A DNA stretch of 64,000 bases from Candidatus Hydrogenedentota bacterium (GCA_045863295.1 BTWA01000017.1:32001-96000); one strand, 5' to 3'; positions 6,610 through 16,736 are shown, numbered from the stretch's first letter. Notes: generated by a model from the letters alone, not told the origin. A program made the numbers and translations.

Positions 6610-8406
6610 ATGGCGCAGCCAGGCGGAGGCGGCCCTCGGGCCAGTTTTTATGTGGCGTTGTTTGTCATCGTGGCGGCCCTTGCCGTGTATGGCCTTCGTG
6701 ATTACATTTTTCCCAAGGGCGGCAATTCGGCGGATACGCCACCCCAGCCGCCAATCCAATTAAGCGATACGCAACAGACAACCGTTGACCAGGCCTCCAC
6801 CACGAGCACCGCGACGGACGGCGGGGCGGAAGCGGCCGACGACAACACCTTGACCACGGTTAAAGAGTATTCCTACGTACCGGGCGAGAAACTACCGCCC
6901 GTCAGCGGCATATCCAATTATCAGCCGTTGTCGGATCGCACCGTCAAATTTGCGCTGAACGTGTGGGCAGGCTGGGCTCCTATTCTGTTGCATAACGAGG
7001 GCAAGGGGCCGGGCAAAATCTGGAAGACGCCAAGCGGCGAAGATTTCAAAGTTGAGCTCGTGTTGATAGATGACCCCGTGGCGATGCGTGATGCCTATGC
7101 TTCCGGGAATGTACATATTGGTTGGGGCACGCTGGATATGGTGCCTCTGTTCATGGAAGAGTTCCAAAAGGATAGCCGTATCGCTCCCCGCATTTATCAG
7201 CAAGTGGACTGGTCGAACGGTGGGGACGGCATCGTCATGCGGCGTGCCCACGCGAAGGATCCGAACAGCCCCACCATCTCCGATTTGCGCGGCAAGAAAG
7301 TGGTACTTGCCCAAAACTCACCGAGTCAGTTTTTCGTGCTGAACGCGCTCATCAACGGTGGCGTGCAACCGGCTGAAGTGGATTTCATTTACACCCAGGA
7401 CGCGTTTCAAGCGGCGGCAGCGTTCAATACCAACAAAGACATTGCCGCGTGCGTCAGTTGGGCGCCGGATATTTACAACTTGACGAAGATACAGGGCAAC
7501 CATCTTCTGGTCACGACGGCGACGGCGAACAAGATTATCGCGGATGTGTGGTTCGCGCGCGCGGATTTTGCCAAAGACCATCCGGATATCTGTGAGGGCC
7601 TGGTTCGCGGCATATTCGACGGCATGGAGGCAATGAAGACCGACGAGGGGCGTCAGCAGGCGGCCCAGTTCATGTCGAAGATGTACAACATTCCCGCTGC
7701 GGACTGCATGGGCATGTTGGGCGACGCGCACTCCACGAATTTCGCGGAGAACCGCGATTTCTTCATGAATCAGAACAACCCCACGAATTTCGAGCGCACG
7801 TGGGACACAGCGAATTATCTGTACCGTCACATCGGCAAGATTTCGAGGCCGGCGGCATTCGATACAGTGATGGATTTCTCCATACTGCAAAAGTTGGCGG
7901 CGGAACCCAAATACGCCAACAGCAAGAATGAATATCAGGTGGCGTTTACGCCCAAGTCCGTGCAAAGCATCAAGGCGGAGAGCGGCGAGATTCTGACAAA
8001 GGTCGTGATGTTCCATTTCTTTCCGAACAGTTACGATCTCTATCACAAGATCACGGTACAGGAAGACGGCAAGGACACCGAGCGCGCGTATGACCCGAAT
8101 GTAGACTTCACGCTTGAGGAGATTGGCAAATTGTCCGGCCAGTACGGCGCGGCGCGCATCGTCATTGAAGGGCATGCCGACGCCAGCATGAAAGGGCAAG
8201 TTACGCCCCAATTGATCAAGCAACTTTCCGAGAACCGGGCCAATGCGGTGAAGGAGGCGCTGGTAAAGCTGTTTCCGTCCCTGGATCCGATGCAGTTCAG
8301 CGCGACCGGGATGGGTTGGGATGTACCCGCCGATCCTAGCGATCCTCTGAATCACGCCAAGAACCGCCGTGTGGAAGTAAAGGTGTATCCCCTGGAGGCT
8401 CAATAG
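6610..8406 (+). CDS. NitT/TauT-type ABC substrate-binding protein fused to a C-terminal OmpA-like peptidoglycan-binding domain
   Basis: N-terminal TM anchor; WAGWAP, DWSNGGDGIV and SWAPD PBP motifs; C-terminal IVIEGHAD...QLSENRANAVK...AKNRRVEVKV OmpA-C signature. Confidence 0.88.
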   Translation: MAQPGGGGPRASFYVALFVIVAALAVYGLRDYIFPKGGNSADTPPQPPIQLSDTQQTTVDQASTTSTATDGGAEAADDNTLTTVKEYSYVPGEKLPPVSGISNYQPLSDRTVKFALNVWAGWAPILLHNEGKGPGKIWKTPSGEDFKVELVLIDDPVAMRDAYASGNVHIGWGTLDMVPLFMEEFQKDSRIAPRIYQQVDWSNGGDGIVMRRAHAKDPNSPTISDLRGKKVVLAQNSPSQFFVLNALINGGVQPAEVDFIYTQDAFQAAAAFNTNKDIAACVSWAPDIYNLTKIQGNHLLVTTATANKIIADVWFARADFAKDHPDICEGLVRGIFDGMEAMKTDEGRQQAAQFMSKMYNIPAADCMGMLGDAHSTNFAENRDFFMNQNNPTNFERTWDTANYLYRHIGKISRPAAFDTVMDFSILQKLAAEPKYANSKNEYQVAFTPKSVQSIKAESGEILTKVVMFHFFPNSYDLYHKITVQEDGKDTERAYDPNVDFTLEEIGKLSGQYGAARIVIEGHADASMKGQVTPQLIKQLSENRANAVKEALVKLFPSLDPMQFSATGMGWDVPADPSDPLNHAKNRRVEVKVYPLEAQ

Positions 8407-8457
8407 GCCGGACAGCGACTCCTGTAACGGGAACGTGCCGGTTGATGAAGGAGCACC

Positions 8458-9489
8458 ATGGCGAGTTCAAAGATACGGAGATATTTCGAGCGCTGGACTG
8501 TCATTCGCGACAGGCCGGGCGTTGCCGAAGGCATGATCATATCCATTGGTTGCCTTGCGATTGTGCTGTTTGTTTGGTACCTCGTAACGCTTGGCAAGCC
8601 TGAAGAGCGGCTGGTCGATCGCATTACGCTTCCCAGTCCGCGGGAGACGATAGAGTCGTTTCCCGCCTTGTGGTTCGATCGGGCTGTCATGCGTGGCGCG
8701 CTTGCAAGCTTGGGGCGTGTGCTGGGAGGGTTCATCCTTGCGGCCTCGGTTGCAGTGCCGTTGGGCGTGTTGGCGGGGAATTTCCTGCGCCTGAACGCAT
8801 TCTTGAAGCCGTTGTCCATTTTCGGCCGGAATATTCCCATTGCGGCGCTCATTCCGTTGACTCTCATGTGGTTTGGCTTGGGCGAAACGCAAAAGGTGAT
8901 GTTCATCTTTTTCGCCTCGGTGGCCTTTATCTTTTTTGACAGCACCGGCGCAATCCAGCGCGTGGCGGACAGTCATTTGGATGCCGCGTACACGCTCGGA
9001 GCGGGCTCGGTGTGGAAGCGCGGCGCCCTGTGGGCTGTGGCGGTAGGCGTTTTGTACGGTGCGGTCTTCGGTGGCGGCCACGTCACACTGGCGCAACGGC
9101 CGGGACCAAACGATGCGCAGCTTTGGGCTACGTGGCGCACGCACCTCGCGGCCATGACCTTGGGCGGGTTTGCGCTTGGGTTTCTTTTGTGGTGGCCTGT
9201 CTTCAGCAAGCAAGCGATTGGCAAGGTGCTCCTGCCGTTGGCCATGCCGGATATCGTGAATAGTCTTCGACTGCTATTTGGTCTGGCGTTCGGCTACATC
9301 ATGCTCGCGGAGGTGATCAACGCGGAATACGGTTTGGGCGCCATCATCAATCTCAGCCAGCGCCAGGGTCCGCGTGAACATATCTACCTTTCTCTCATTC
9401 TGATTTCGTTGCTGGCGTTTCTGATCGATCGGTCGATATTGAGCGCACAACGGTGGCTGTTCCCGTATCGCCGCATAGGAGAGCACTAA
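8458..9489 (+). CDS. ABC transporter permease (NitT/TauT/SsuC type) with an internal insertion
   Basis: LPSP, SLGRVLGGF, RNIPIAALIPLTLMWFGLGE, DAAYTLGA (EAA-like) and YIMLAEVINAEYGLG. Confidence 0.88.
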   Translation: MASSKIRRYFERWTVIRDRPGVAEGMIISIGCLAIVLFVWYLVTLGKPEERLVDRITLPSPRETIESFPALWFDRAVMRGALASLGRVLGGFILAASVAVPLGVLAGNFLRLNAFLKPLSIFGRNIPIAALIPLTLMWFGLGETQKVMFIFFASVAFIFFDSTGAIQRVADSHLDAAYTLGAGSVWKRGALWAVAVGVLYGAVFGGGHVTLAQRPGPNDAQLWATWRTHLAAMTLGGFALGFLLWWPVFSKQAIGKVLLPLAMPDIVNSLRLLFGLAFGYIMLAEVINAEYGLGAIINLSQRQGPREHIYLSLILISLLAFLIDRSILSAQRWLFPYRRIGEH

Positions 9490-10362
9490 ATGGCGACGAC
9501 GCGACAAGCGGCGCCATGTTCGATTATCGATGCGGCGCGCGCACCCGCAAAGGAAAATGCGCCGCCGATTATAGAATTCAAGGGAGTTGCCAAGACATTT
9601 GGCGAGGGTACCGCACGCGCAACCACCGTGGTGAAAGACGTCACCTTCGTTGTTGAGGATCTTGAGGATGCTGGCGAGTTCATTGCGATCCTCGGGCCGA
9701 GCGGTTGCGGCAAGAGCACGGTGCTTCGGCTTGTCGCCGGGCTTGCCCCGCATTTTCCGGCCACTCAGGGCGAAGTACTCTACCATGGACAGCCCGTGCC
9801 GGGTCCCGGCGCGGATCGCGGCATGGTATTTCAGGATTATGCATGTTTTGACAATCGGACCGTCGTTGACAATGTAGCGTTTGGCCTGGAGTGCCAGGGC
9901 GTGGCCAAAGCGGACCGCGTCGCCCTGGCGATGGATTGGATCCAGCGCGTCGGATTGAACCCGGCACGGGATGCCTACAAGTACCCGCACCAGCTTTCGG
10001 GCGGCATGCGGCAACGCGTGGCCATCGCGCGCACGCTGATTTTGAAACCGCGCGTCATTCTGATGGATGAACCGTTTGGCGCACTTGATCCCGCGACCCG
10101 CCATAACATGCAGGACTTGTTGGTCGCGCTTTGGAAAGAAGTCCAGGCAACCGTGTTTTTTGTGACGCATGACGTGAACGAGGCGGTGTTTCTGGGCGAT
10201 CGCGTGTTCATCTTCAGCAATGCGCCCGGCACCATCCTTCACAAATTCTTCGTGCAGTCCCCTGATCGGCCCGCGCGGTTGATGATGCGCGAGGGCAGCT
10301 TTCAGGAGACCGTGATGCATGTAAGAGGTATTCTGGACAAACTTGAAGAAGGCAGCGGTTGA
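9490..10362 (+). CDS. ABC transporter ATP-binding protein (TauB/SsuB type)
   Basis: Walker A GPSGCGKS, signature LSGGMRQR, Walker [13 protein letters not shown]-loop VTHD. Confidence 0.93.
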   Translation: MATTRQAAPCSIIDAARAPAKENAPPIIEFKGVAKTFGEGTARATTVVKDVTFVVEDLEDAGEFIAILGPSGCGKSTVLRLVAGLAPHFPATQGEVLYHGQPVPGPGADRGMVFQDYACFDNRTVVDNVAFGLECQGVAKADRVALAMDWIQRVGLNPARDAYKYPHQLSGGMRQRVAIARTLILKPRVILMDEPFGALDPATRHNMQDLLVALWKEVQATVFFVTHDVNEAVFLGDRVFIFSNAPGTILHKFFVQSPDRPARLMMREGSFQETVMHVRGILDKLEEGSG

Positions 10363-10363
10363 G

Positions 10364-11212
10364 ATGGCGTTGGGACGCACCGGCTTCACGCAGTATGTAA
10401 AGGCCGCCTTTCTCTGGCATTGGAATCTGCTGGCGGTGGGCGCGGGCGTGGCGCTTGCCGTGCTTTCCGGCAAGCCGGATGTCGTTTTTCCACTGCTCAT
10501 GGCGGGTGAGATGCTTTACCTGGGCCTGTTGACCACGCGCCCCCGGTTTCAGAAAGCCATCGATGCGAGAACCGCCGCGGCCGTGGGATCGTCTCAGGAT
10601 GATCTCCGGTTGATGGCGGAGATCAAGAAGACCCTGCACCCCGAGGCCTGGTCTCGGTTTGAAGAGCTTCGCGCGCGCTGCCTGGCCTTGCAGAATCTGG
10701 CGGAGCAGATGCGTGGTTCTCAATCCGCGGAGCCGGTGCGCGTGCGCGAAATGCAGACCGAATCGCTGGAACGGCTCTTGTGGATGTTCTTGAAGCTAAT
10801 CTACAGCCATGAGGCGGTTCAACGGTTTCTGCGCACGACGAACCGGGACGCGCTTGTGGCGCAAATCTCCTCGGCGGAAAAGGAAATTCAGTCCGCCAAG
10901 GCGAAGAACCGTAGCGACAAGCTGATTCGATCCATCGAGGACAAGCTGGAAACGTTGAAGCAGCGTCTCACGAATTACGACAAGGCCGACGAAAATCGCG
11001 AACTGCTGGCAGCGGAAATCAATCGCATTGAACAAAAGGTAAACGCGATCAGCGAAATGTCCATCAGCGCCCGCGACGCATCCGACGTTTCAGCGCAGGT
11101 GGATGGAATTGCCGACGGCGTTTCAGTCACCGAGGCGGCGATACAAAAGCTGGACGTGATGCCGATCTTTGAGCGCCAGACTGCGCCAAAACTATTGAGT
11201 CAAAGCCACTAA
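10364..11212 (+). CDS. Uncharacterised 2-TM membrane protein with a long coiled-coil
   Basis: Two N-terminal hydrophobic helices, then a heptad-rich helical region. Translationally coupled to the ABC ATPase (TGA-G-ATG). Confidence 0.8.
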   Translation: MALGRTGFTQYVKAAFLWHWNLLAVGAGVALAVLSGKPDVVFPLLMAGEMLYLGLLTTRPRFQKAIDARTAAAVGSSQDDLRLMAEIKKTLHPEAWSRFEELRARCLALQNLAEQMRGSQSAEPVRVREMQTESLERLLWMFLKLIYSHEAVQRFLRTTNRDALVAQISSAEKEIQSAKAKNRSDKLIRSIEDKLETLKQRLTNYDKADENRELLAAEINRIEQKVNAISEMSISARDASDVSAQVDGIADGVSVTEAAIQKLDVMPIFERQTAPKLLSQSH

Positions 11213-11243
11213 TCGTCAACACGCAAGAACAAAGGGACCTCTG

Positions 11244-13025
11244 ATGCCGGATACCGCCGCGCCACAGTGGGTGGATGATCTCAAGCAAGCCTATCTTTCC
11301 GGCGCCGCCAGCATGTTCATACTGCATGGAAACACCTCAGACCTTGTGGGAAGCGAACAGGGTGGTGAATACAACCTTGATCCGCTCTCCGACTATCTTG
11401 CGCAGCATCTCTTCGGCAGTTATGACATCGTCCTGCACTTCGATTTGGGGCGCGGCCTTCGGGCGCTGCCCGGCCGGGATCAACAACGCCTCGCGCGCAT
11501 GAATGCAGACATATCGAAAGTGCTCGGCGACAAAGGTGATTTGCCACGGGATCCGACACAAGCCATGCGCGTAATCGATCGACTGGCATCGCTCTTGATT
11601 GTGGGGGCGGAGAGCCGCACACGAAAGACGGCAGTGCTGTTCGATTACGCGGACATGATCTGTCCGCCGGACGGCCGTACCGATGAACACCTTGCCACCT
11701 TTCTGAATTGGGCGCGCAGCCCGGTCATTCGGCGGGTGAACTTGATCTTTATCTTGATGACCGAGAGCCTTGGATTGCTGCATCCCGCGTTGGTTCAGAG
11801 CGGCCACACGTACGAATTGCTCGTACCCATGCCGAACGAGGCGGAGCGGCGCGCGTTTATCGCGAAGCGGTTTCCACAGTCCGCCTCCGATGCGGATCGC
11901 CTGGCCATCTTGAGTTCGGGGTTGACCCTTACCAATCTCGATACCATGATGCGACGCGTCGCGCAGTCTGAGTCTGCGCCCATACCGGCATCGGCCGCGG
12001 CAGCCGATGTGGTCAAGCCCGATACCGCGCTGCAAGGCCCCGCGCCCATCAAGACACAAGCCACGAGCGATTCACGAATGCTGGAGATTAAGAAGTCGCT
12101 CATGGAAGCGCAATGCCCGGGGTTGTTCGAATTCATCAAACCGAATTTTACGCTCGATCTCGTCGCGGGCCACACCGCCGCGAAGGACCGGTTGACAAGC
12201 GACGCGCGGCTGATTCGCGAAGGCAAGCTGGATGCCGTGCCGATGGGGTATCTGCTTTGCGGCCCCGTTGGCGTTGGCAAGACGTTTCTCGCGTTGTGTT
12301 ACGCGGGCGAAGTCGGAATACCGTGTTTGTCGATCCGGAATTTTCGAAGCAAGTATGTAGGCGAAACCGAGGCTAATCTTGAGCGTATTCTGAGCGTAGT
12401 CCGTGAATTGGGCCCAGTGGCCGTAATCATTGACGAAGCGGATGCGGCCGTGGGCGATCGTTCCAACTCGGGCGATTCCGGCACCAGTTCTCGCGTGTTT
12501 GCCCAATTGGCCAGCCAGATGGGTGATACGCGTTATCGAGGCAAGATCATCTGGTTTCTGCTCACGTGCCGTCCGGATTTGCTGCCCATCGACCTGAAGC
12601 GGCAAGGGCGATGTGAAGAGCACATTCCGCTCTTCTATCCACAGACGCCGGACGAGCTAAAAGATATGTTCAGGGCCATGTCCAAAAAGGCCAAAGTGGC
12701 CTTGGATGACGCGACGCTTGACGAGATTGGAAAAATGCCGCCTCTGAGCGGAGCGGACATCGAGGGGATACTCATGCGCGCCCGGCGCGAATCCATCTTG
12801 AGCGGAAAACCGGTCGATGCAAACATCATCAAGGAAGTGATGAAGAGTTTTCGCAGTGTGAAAGGACCGGAGCACGAACTGCAATGGATTGCCGGGATTC
12901 TTGAGTGCACGGACACACGCTATCTTCCCGCCGACGTGCGCAAAGCCACCGAGAAAGAAGGCGGCTTCGAAGTCTTTGCCAAGCGGTTTCGCGAGTTGTC
13001 GGCGTTGGAACAGGCGGGCATGTAA
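11244..13025 (+). CDS. Classical-clade AAA+ ATPase (Vps4/Cdc48/Ycf46-like) with a degenerate N-terminal AAA-like domain
   Basis: Walker A GPVGVGKT, pore loop SKYVGETE, Walker B VIIDEAD, Arg-finger region LKRQGR, and LSGADIE. Confidence 0.9.
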   Translation: MPDTAAPQWVDDLKQAYLSGAASMFILHGNTSDLVGSEQGGEYNLDPLSDYLAQHLFGSYDIVLHFDLGRGLRALPGRDQQRLARMNADISKVLGDKGDLPRDPTQAMRVIDRLASLLIVGAESRTRKTAVLFDYADMICPPDGRTDEHLATFLNWARSPVIRRVNLIFILMTESLGLLHPALVQSGHTYELLVPMPNEAERRAFIAKRFPQSASDADRLAILSSGLTLTNLDTMMRRVAQSESAPIPASAAAADVVKPDTALQGPAPIKTQATSDSRMLEIKKSLMEAQCPGLFEFIKPNFTLDLVAGHTAAKDRLTSDARLIREGKLDAVPMGYLLCGPVGVGKTFLALCYAGEVGIPCLSIRNFRSKYVGETEANLERILSVVRELGPVAVIIDEADAAVGDRSNSGDSGTSSRVFAQLASQMGDTRYRGKIIWFLLTCRPDLLPIDLKRQGRCEEHIPLFYPQTPDELKDMFRAMSKKAKVALDDATLDEIGKMPPLSGADIEGILMRARRESILSGKPVDANIIKEVMKSFRSVKGPEHELQWIAGILECTDTRYLPADVRKATEKEGGFEVFAKRFRELSALEQAGM

Positions 13026-13029
13026 CCAT

Positions 13030-14346
13030 TTACTTCGAGGATGCCTCCCACGGGGGATGCGTGTTAATGCCCGAGTGCAACATGGGGTATTTGCTGGACG
13101 GATCTCTTAGTAGTGGTACCACTTTGCCTGACAACTGTTCGTCAAAAAACCCCCCTACCAAATCAGTCAATAGCGCCAGCAGAGTCATGCCACTTACACT
13201 ACCTACCATGTCTTGGGTAATGACAAACGGGTACAGCGGTTGGAATAGAGCGAGATCCACGGAGAATCCCATATGCTCCAACCCATCAACCTGAAACGAA
13301 TAAAATGTGGACGCGTTTTCCCGCACCGCGGCTGGGCAGTTGCGCTCGTCCCAATTAGCCCAGTATTCGCTCAGGGTGATACCCCGTTCCGCGAGATACT
13401 CCGGTGGCGGCGGTTCTGACTTATCCGACACCAGCGCAAAGCCACCGGTGACCCCTTGATCCAGGATGGGTTGGAAAACAGATGTGCCGTCCATGTTCAG
13501 ACCCGCACGAATACGCGAATCCAGTGTCATGGCTGCCGCTGCATTTTGCCCGCCAAAGGAGTGTCCGAACGCACCGAGCCGAGCAAAATCAAAGAGCCCT
13601 TTCAGCGGTCCATCCTCCGAGGCGCGCTTTGTTGCTTCGTCAATCGCCGTTACCGCGTCCTCCGCCCAAACGCGCGACACCTCTTGTTTTGCCTTGTCCC
13701 TCGTTGCTTCTTCTCCTTCCCACATTGCGCCGTAGCCTTCGAAGGATGACTCGACAATGCGGCCATCGGCAAACAAGGTGCGTGACGTTGTATATGGATG
13801 CCAAAGGGCCAGAATTACATAGCCCCGGCTGGTCAAGTGTTCCAATAAGCTTGTGTAGAAGACTGGCGGACCGTCTATGCCGGGTGAAAACACCAGTACC
13901 GGATACGGGGCGCCACTCGGATCTGGTTTGGCGTTGGCTACCCAGTTGGGCGAAATGATGTCTGTTGCGATTGCCGGCACCCCGGTCACGCCTGAGGCAA
14001 TCACGGAATCCAAATACGGTCCGGGTTCGGCGTCTGTCGCGACAGCGGGGTAGTAGACATCGACACGAATCTCTCTGTGATCGGCCTCGTCAACGGTAAA
14101 AAGTTCAGGCCGATCCATGTCGACGACGTCCCACGTTGTCCGCCCAACGGCGAAGGGCCCATCCGGAGCGGGTAGGTGTAATCCTCCGCCGGCAATGAAC
14201 CTGATCGGCTTTTGTGCAAGGATTGCCAGGGATGCGATGCCTACAACGGACAACGCGGCAACGATCATTCCGATCCGGCGTAGCCGGGGGCCTCGAAGGA
14301 GTGGTGATTCAGGTGCGGCGCTCTGGTTTTCGAGTCTGCTTTGCAT
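13030..14346 (-). CDS. Membrane-anchored alpha/beta hydrolase (PAF-acetylhydrolase/dienelactone hydrolase-like)
   Basis: LPAPDGPFAVG, YPVLVFSPG, nucleophile GHSFGG, LNMDG, and the His in LEHMGF. Start uncertain. Confidence 0.85.
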   Translation of the reverse strand: MQSRLENQSAAPESPLLRGPRLRRIGMIVAALSVVGIASLAILAQKPIRFIAGGGLHLPAPDGPFAVGRTTWDVVDMDRPELFTVDEADHREIRVDVYYPAVATDAEPGPYLDSVIASGVTGVPAIATDIISPNWVANAKPDPSGAPYPVLVFSPGIDGPPVFYTSLLEHLTSRGYVILALWHPYTTSRTLFADGRIVESSFEGYGAMWEGEEATRDKAKQEVSRVWAEDAVTAIDEATKRASEDGPLKGLFDFARLGAFGHSFGGQNAAAAMTLDSRIRAGLNMDGTSVFQPILDQGVTGGFALVSDKSEPPPPEYLAERGITLSEYWANWDERNCPAAVRENASTFYSFQVDGLEHMGFSVDLALFQPLYPFVITQDMVGSVSGMTLLALLTDLVGGFFDEQLSGKVVPLLRDPSSKYPMLHSGINTHPPWEASSK

Positions 14347-14662
14347 TAGCGATGGCCTCCTTCGCCCATTCGGTAAATTGCCCGTCGTCTTCGAGCACAT
14401 CGGCAGGCACTTCATAGTACCGCCGCACGTCTACGCGCCGCGTCTTGGTGTTGTATGCGAAGCAACCGCTTCCCATGGCTTCGTATTTTGGGCGAGTCGT
14501 GTCGTCGACCACGAAATACAGCACGCCAGAGATAATCATGGCAAATTGTACGCCATCAGCGGAAAGGCCGATGCCGCCGAACAAGCGCCCGCTTGAAATG
14601 CCCTTGAAACCGGCCAGCCGATCCAATACATACTCGAGAAAGGCGTTGGATGACGAAGTCAT
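14309..14662 (-). CDS. TfoX/Sxy N-terminal domain protein
   Basis: FLEYVLDRL...RLFGGIGL...FAMI...LYFVVD...YYEVPADVLED...WAKEA. Confidence 0.85.
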   Translation of the reverse strand: MTSSSNAFLEYVLDRLAGFKGISSGRLFGGIGLSADGVQFAMIISGVLYFVVDDTTRPKYEAMGSGCFAYNTKTRRVDVRRYYEVPADVLEDDGQFTEWAKEAIANAKQTRKPERRT

Positions 14663-15057
14663 GATTCGGACTCCAGAACGCGTTTTAATCCCGCCAGATC
14701 AGTGGCAACCATCGCTGTATCCTTGTCAAACTGTTCGTCGTTCATGTCCGGCAGCCGAAATACCGTGAAAATGACCACGCTCGAACCTACTTGGGGCTCC
14801 AGTACACGCATGGGGACATACACCGTGAGGTCCGCGTCCACTGTGACCCAATGATCCAAAATCCTGTGACTGTTTACCTGCGAAAAGCGGATTCGCACAA
14901 CACCCTCCGGCGTCGTAGCGGTCCAAGCGTCACCATCGGGCCTCATGTCCTTGATAAATTGGCTCCACGCCGGGAAATTGGGTGGATGGGCTAGGTAGGC
15001 ATACACCCTATCCGCTGGCTGCCGGATAGAGACGCTAACCGTGCGACACTCATTCAT
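14659..15057 (-). CDS. SRPBCC / polyketide cyclase-like protein
   Basis: VSVSI...VYAYLAHPPNFPAW...ILDHWV...VPMRV...DLAGLKRVLE. Confidence 0.8.
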   Translation of the reverse strand: MNECRTVSVSIRQPADRVYAYLAHPPNFPAWSQFIKDMRPDGDAWTATTPEGVVRIRFSQVNSHRILDHWVTVDADLTVYVPMRVLEPQVGSSVVIFTVFRLPDMNDEQFDKDTAMVATDLAGLKRVLESES

Positions 15058-15602
15058 ACCGTTTGCTTTCCGTACTTTGCTGCCAGGCGCCGCACCGTAT
15101 TCATACCGCGAAAGGTTGCCTTGGTCTTTGTGATGCGTTCGAAAGCGGCATTCGAAAAGGTTGAGTCGCTTTGTTTCGTTTTGCAGACCCAGTATATCTC
15201 CGTGCCATGGACATGGAAATAGTCGCTGTCCGTTTTCAATGCCAGTATCGCTTTAGTGGATTCGAGCGATAAGGGTTCGGCCAGAAATCCGACAACGAAG
15301 GCCGTGGCGGAAGCCAAGATCTTTTTGCTGGCAGGCTCGTATGTTGCGATGGCCGCAATTTCGGCATCCGTGCGCAGAAACGTACTTACCTCATAGCCCA
15401 GCGCGGCTTTCAGATGGACCTCAATCGCCTTTGCCAAGGCAGCGGTGTTTTTACTTCTGGATTCGAAAATGACGTTGCCACTGGCAATGAAGGTTTCCAC
15501 TTTGGAATGACCCAGTTCTTCGAAAAGGGTTCGTAGGCGATCCATGGTGACAGTATGGCCGCCCACGTTTATGGCACGGAGAAACGCGATATACCGGATC
15601 AC
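15054..15602 (-). CDS. DUF1697 family protein
   Basis: YIAFLRAINVGG...VETFIASGNVIF...ATFRGMNTVRRL. Confidence 0.88.
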   Translation of the reverse strand: MIRYIAFLRAINVGGHTVTMDRLRTLFEELGHSKVETFIASGNVIFESRSKNTAALAKAIEVHLKAALGYEVSTFLRTDAEIAAIATYEPASKKILASATAFVVGFLAEPLSLESTKAILALKTDSDYFHVHGTEIYWVCKTKQSDSTFSNAAFERITKTKATFRGMNTVRRLAAKYGKQTV

Positions 15603-15764
15603 GGTTTTTCCCTTCGCGGCGATATTCTTTGATCGGCCCTATTGTACATGCCGGACCTTCCTCATGAAGAGCTTACACGTTTTGAATACAATGATGCTGT
15701 GCAGGCCCGATGCGGCGGGGATCGGAATTGGGATGGGGCGATGCTTAAAACCGGGAGACTGGCA

Positions 15765-16694
15765 ATGGCTAATGGAATGACACGCAGACAGTTGTTGATG
15801 GCAGGGGCTGTGGCAGGAGTGGCCGGGCAGGCATCCCGCGCCGACGCCGCGCTCCATACACGATCGAAGCGGGGCCGGGCGCTGCGGTTTGCACATTTGA
15901 CCGATGTGCATGTGCAACCCGAGTTGGCGGGCGGGGAAGGGTTCGCGGCGTGCCTCCATCACGTGCAGAACCAAAAAGACGCGCCTGAACTCCTTGTCTT
16001 CGGCGGTGACAATGTTATGAACGTAGACAGTGAAGATGGAGCCGCGCGCGCGGACGTGCAACTCAATCTCTGGAACAGCGTGTTGAAGTCCGAATGTTCG
16101 CTGCCGCACAAAGTAGCCATCGGGAATCATGACATTCTTCATAACCATCCGGTAGACGGAAAGCAATGGGCCGTCGATGCGTACGGCTTGCCGGGAAGGT
16201 GCTACGTGTACGACCAGGCCGGCTGGCGGTTCATTTTTTTGGATGGGGTTATGCCCCAAGTCACCGGATACATTGGCAAATTGGACGACGCCCAGTTCGA
16301 ATGGCTGGGCGACCGCCTGAAAGAGGCCGGGAATACGCCCGTATGTATCGTCAGTCACATTCCGATACTCGCGGTGTGCACCTATTTATGTTTGAAAGAA
16401 CCGCCGCAAGGAGACTGGCAGACTCCTGCTTCGTGGATGCATGTGGACGCGCACCGGATTAAGGATTTGTTCAACAAGCACAAGAACGTCAAGTTGTGTC
16501 TTTCCGGCCACATGCACATGGCCGACAGCCTTACGTATCTTGGGACGACTTACACGTGCAACGGCGCGGTTTCCGGCGGCTGGTGGAAGGGCGCGTATTT
16601 TGAATTCGATCCCGGATATGCACTGGTGGACCTATACGACGACGGCGAAGTGGCGGTGGAATTTGTAAACTATGGTTGGACGGCGAAAGCGTAA
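15765..16694 (+). CDS. Tat-exported calcineurin-like metallophosphoesterase (Icc/CpdA-like)
   Basis: Twin-arginine signal TRRQLL; motifs HLTDVH, GGDN, IGNHD, VSHIP and SGHMH. Confidence 0.88.
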   Translation: MANGMTRRQLLMAGAVAGVAGQASRADAALHTRSKRGRALRFAHLTDVHVQPELAGGEGFAACLHHVQNQKDAPELLVFGGDNVMNVDSEDGAARADVQLNLWNSVLKSECSLPHKVAIGNHDILHNHPVDGKQWAVDAYGLPGRCYVYDQAGWRFIFLDGVMPQVTGYIGKLDDAQFEWLGDRLKEAGNTPVCIVSHIPILAVCTYLCLKEPPQGDWQTPASWMHVDAHRIKDLFNKHKNVKLCLSGHMHMADSLTYLGTTYTCNGAVSGGWWKGAYFEFDPGYALVDLYDDGEVAVEFVNYGWTAKA

Positions 16695-16736
16695 CATCGC
16701 CTCTGATGCGGCGATTACTCAAGGTACTTGAGACAC

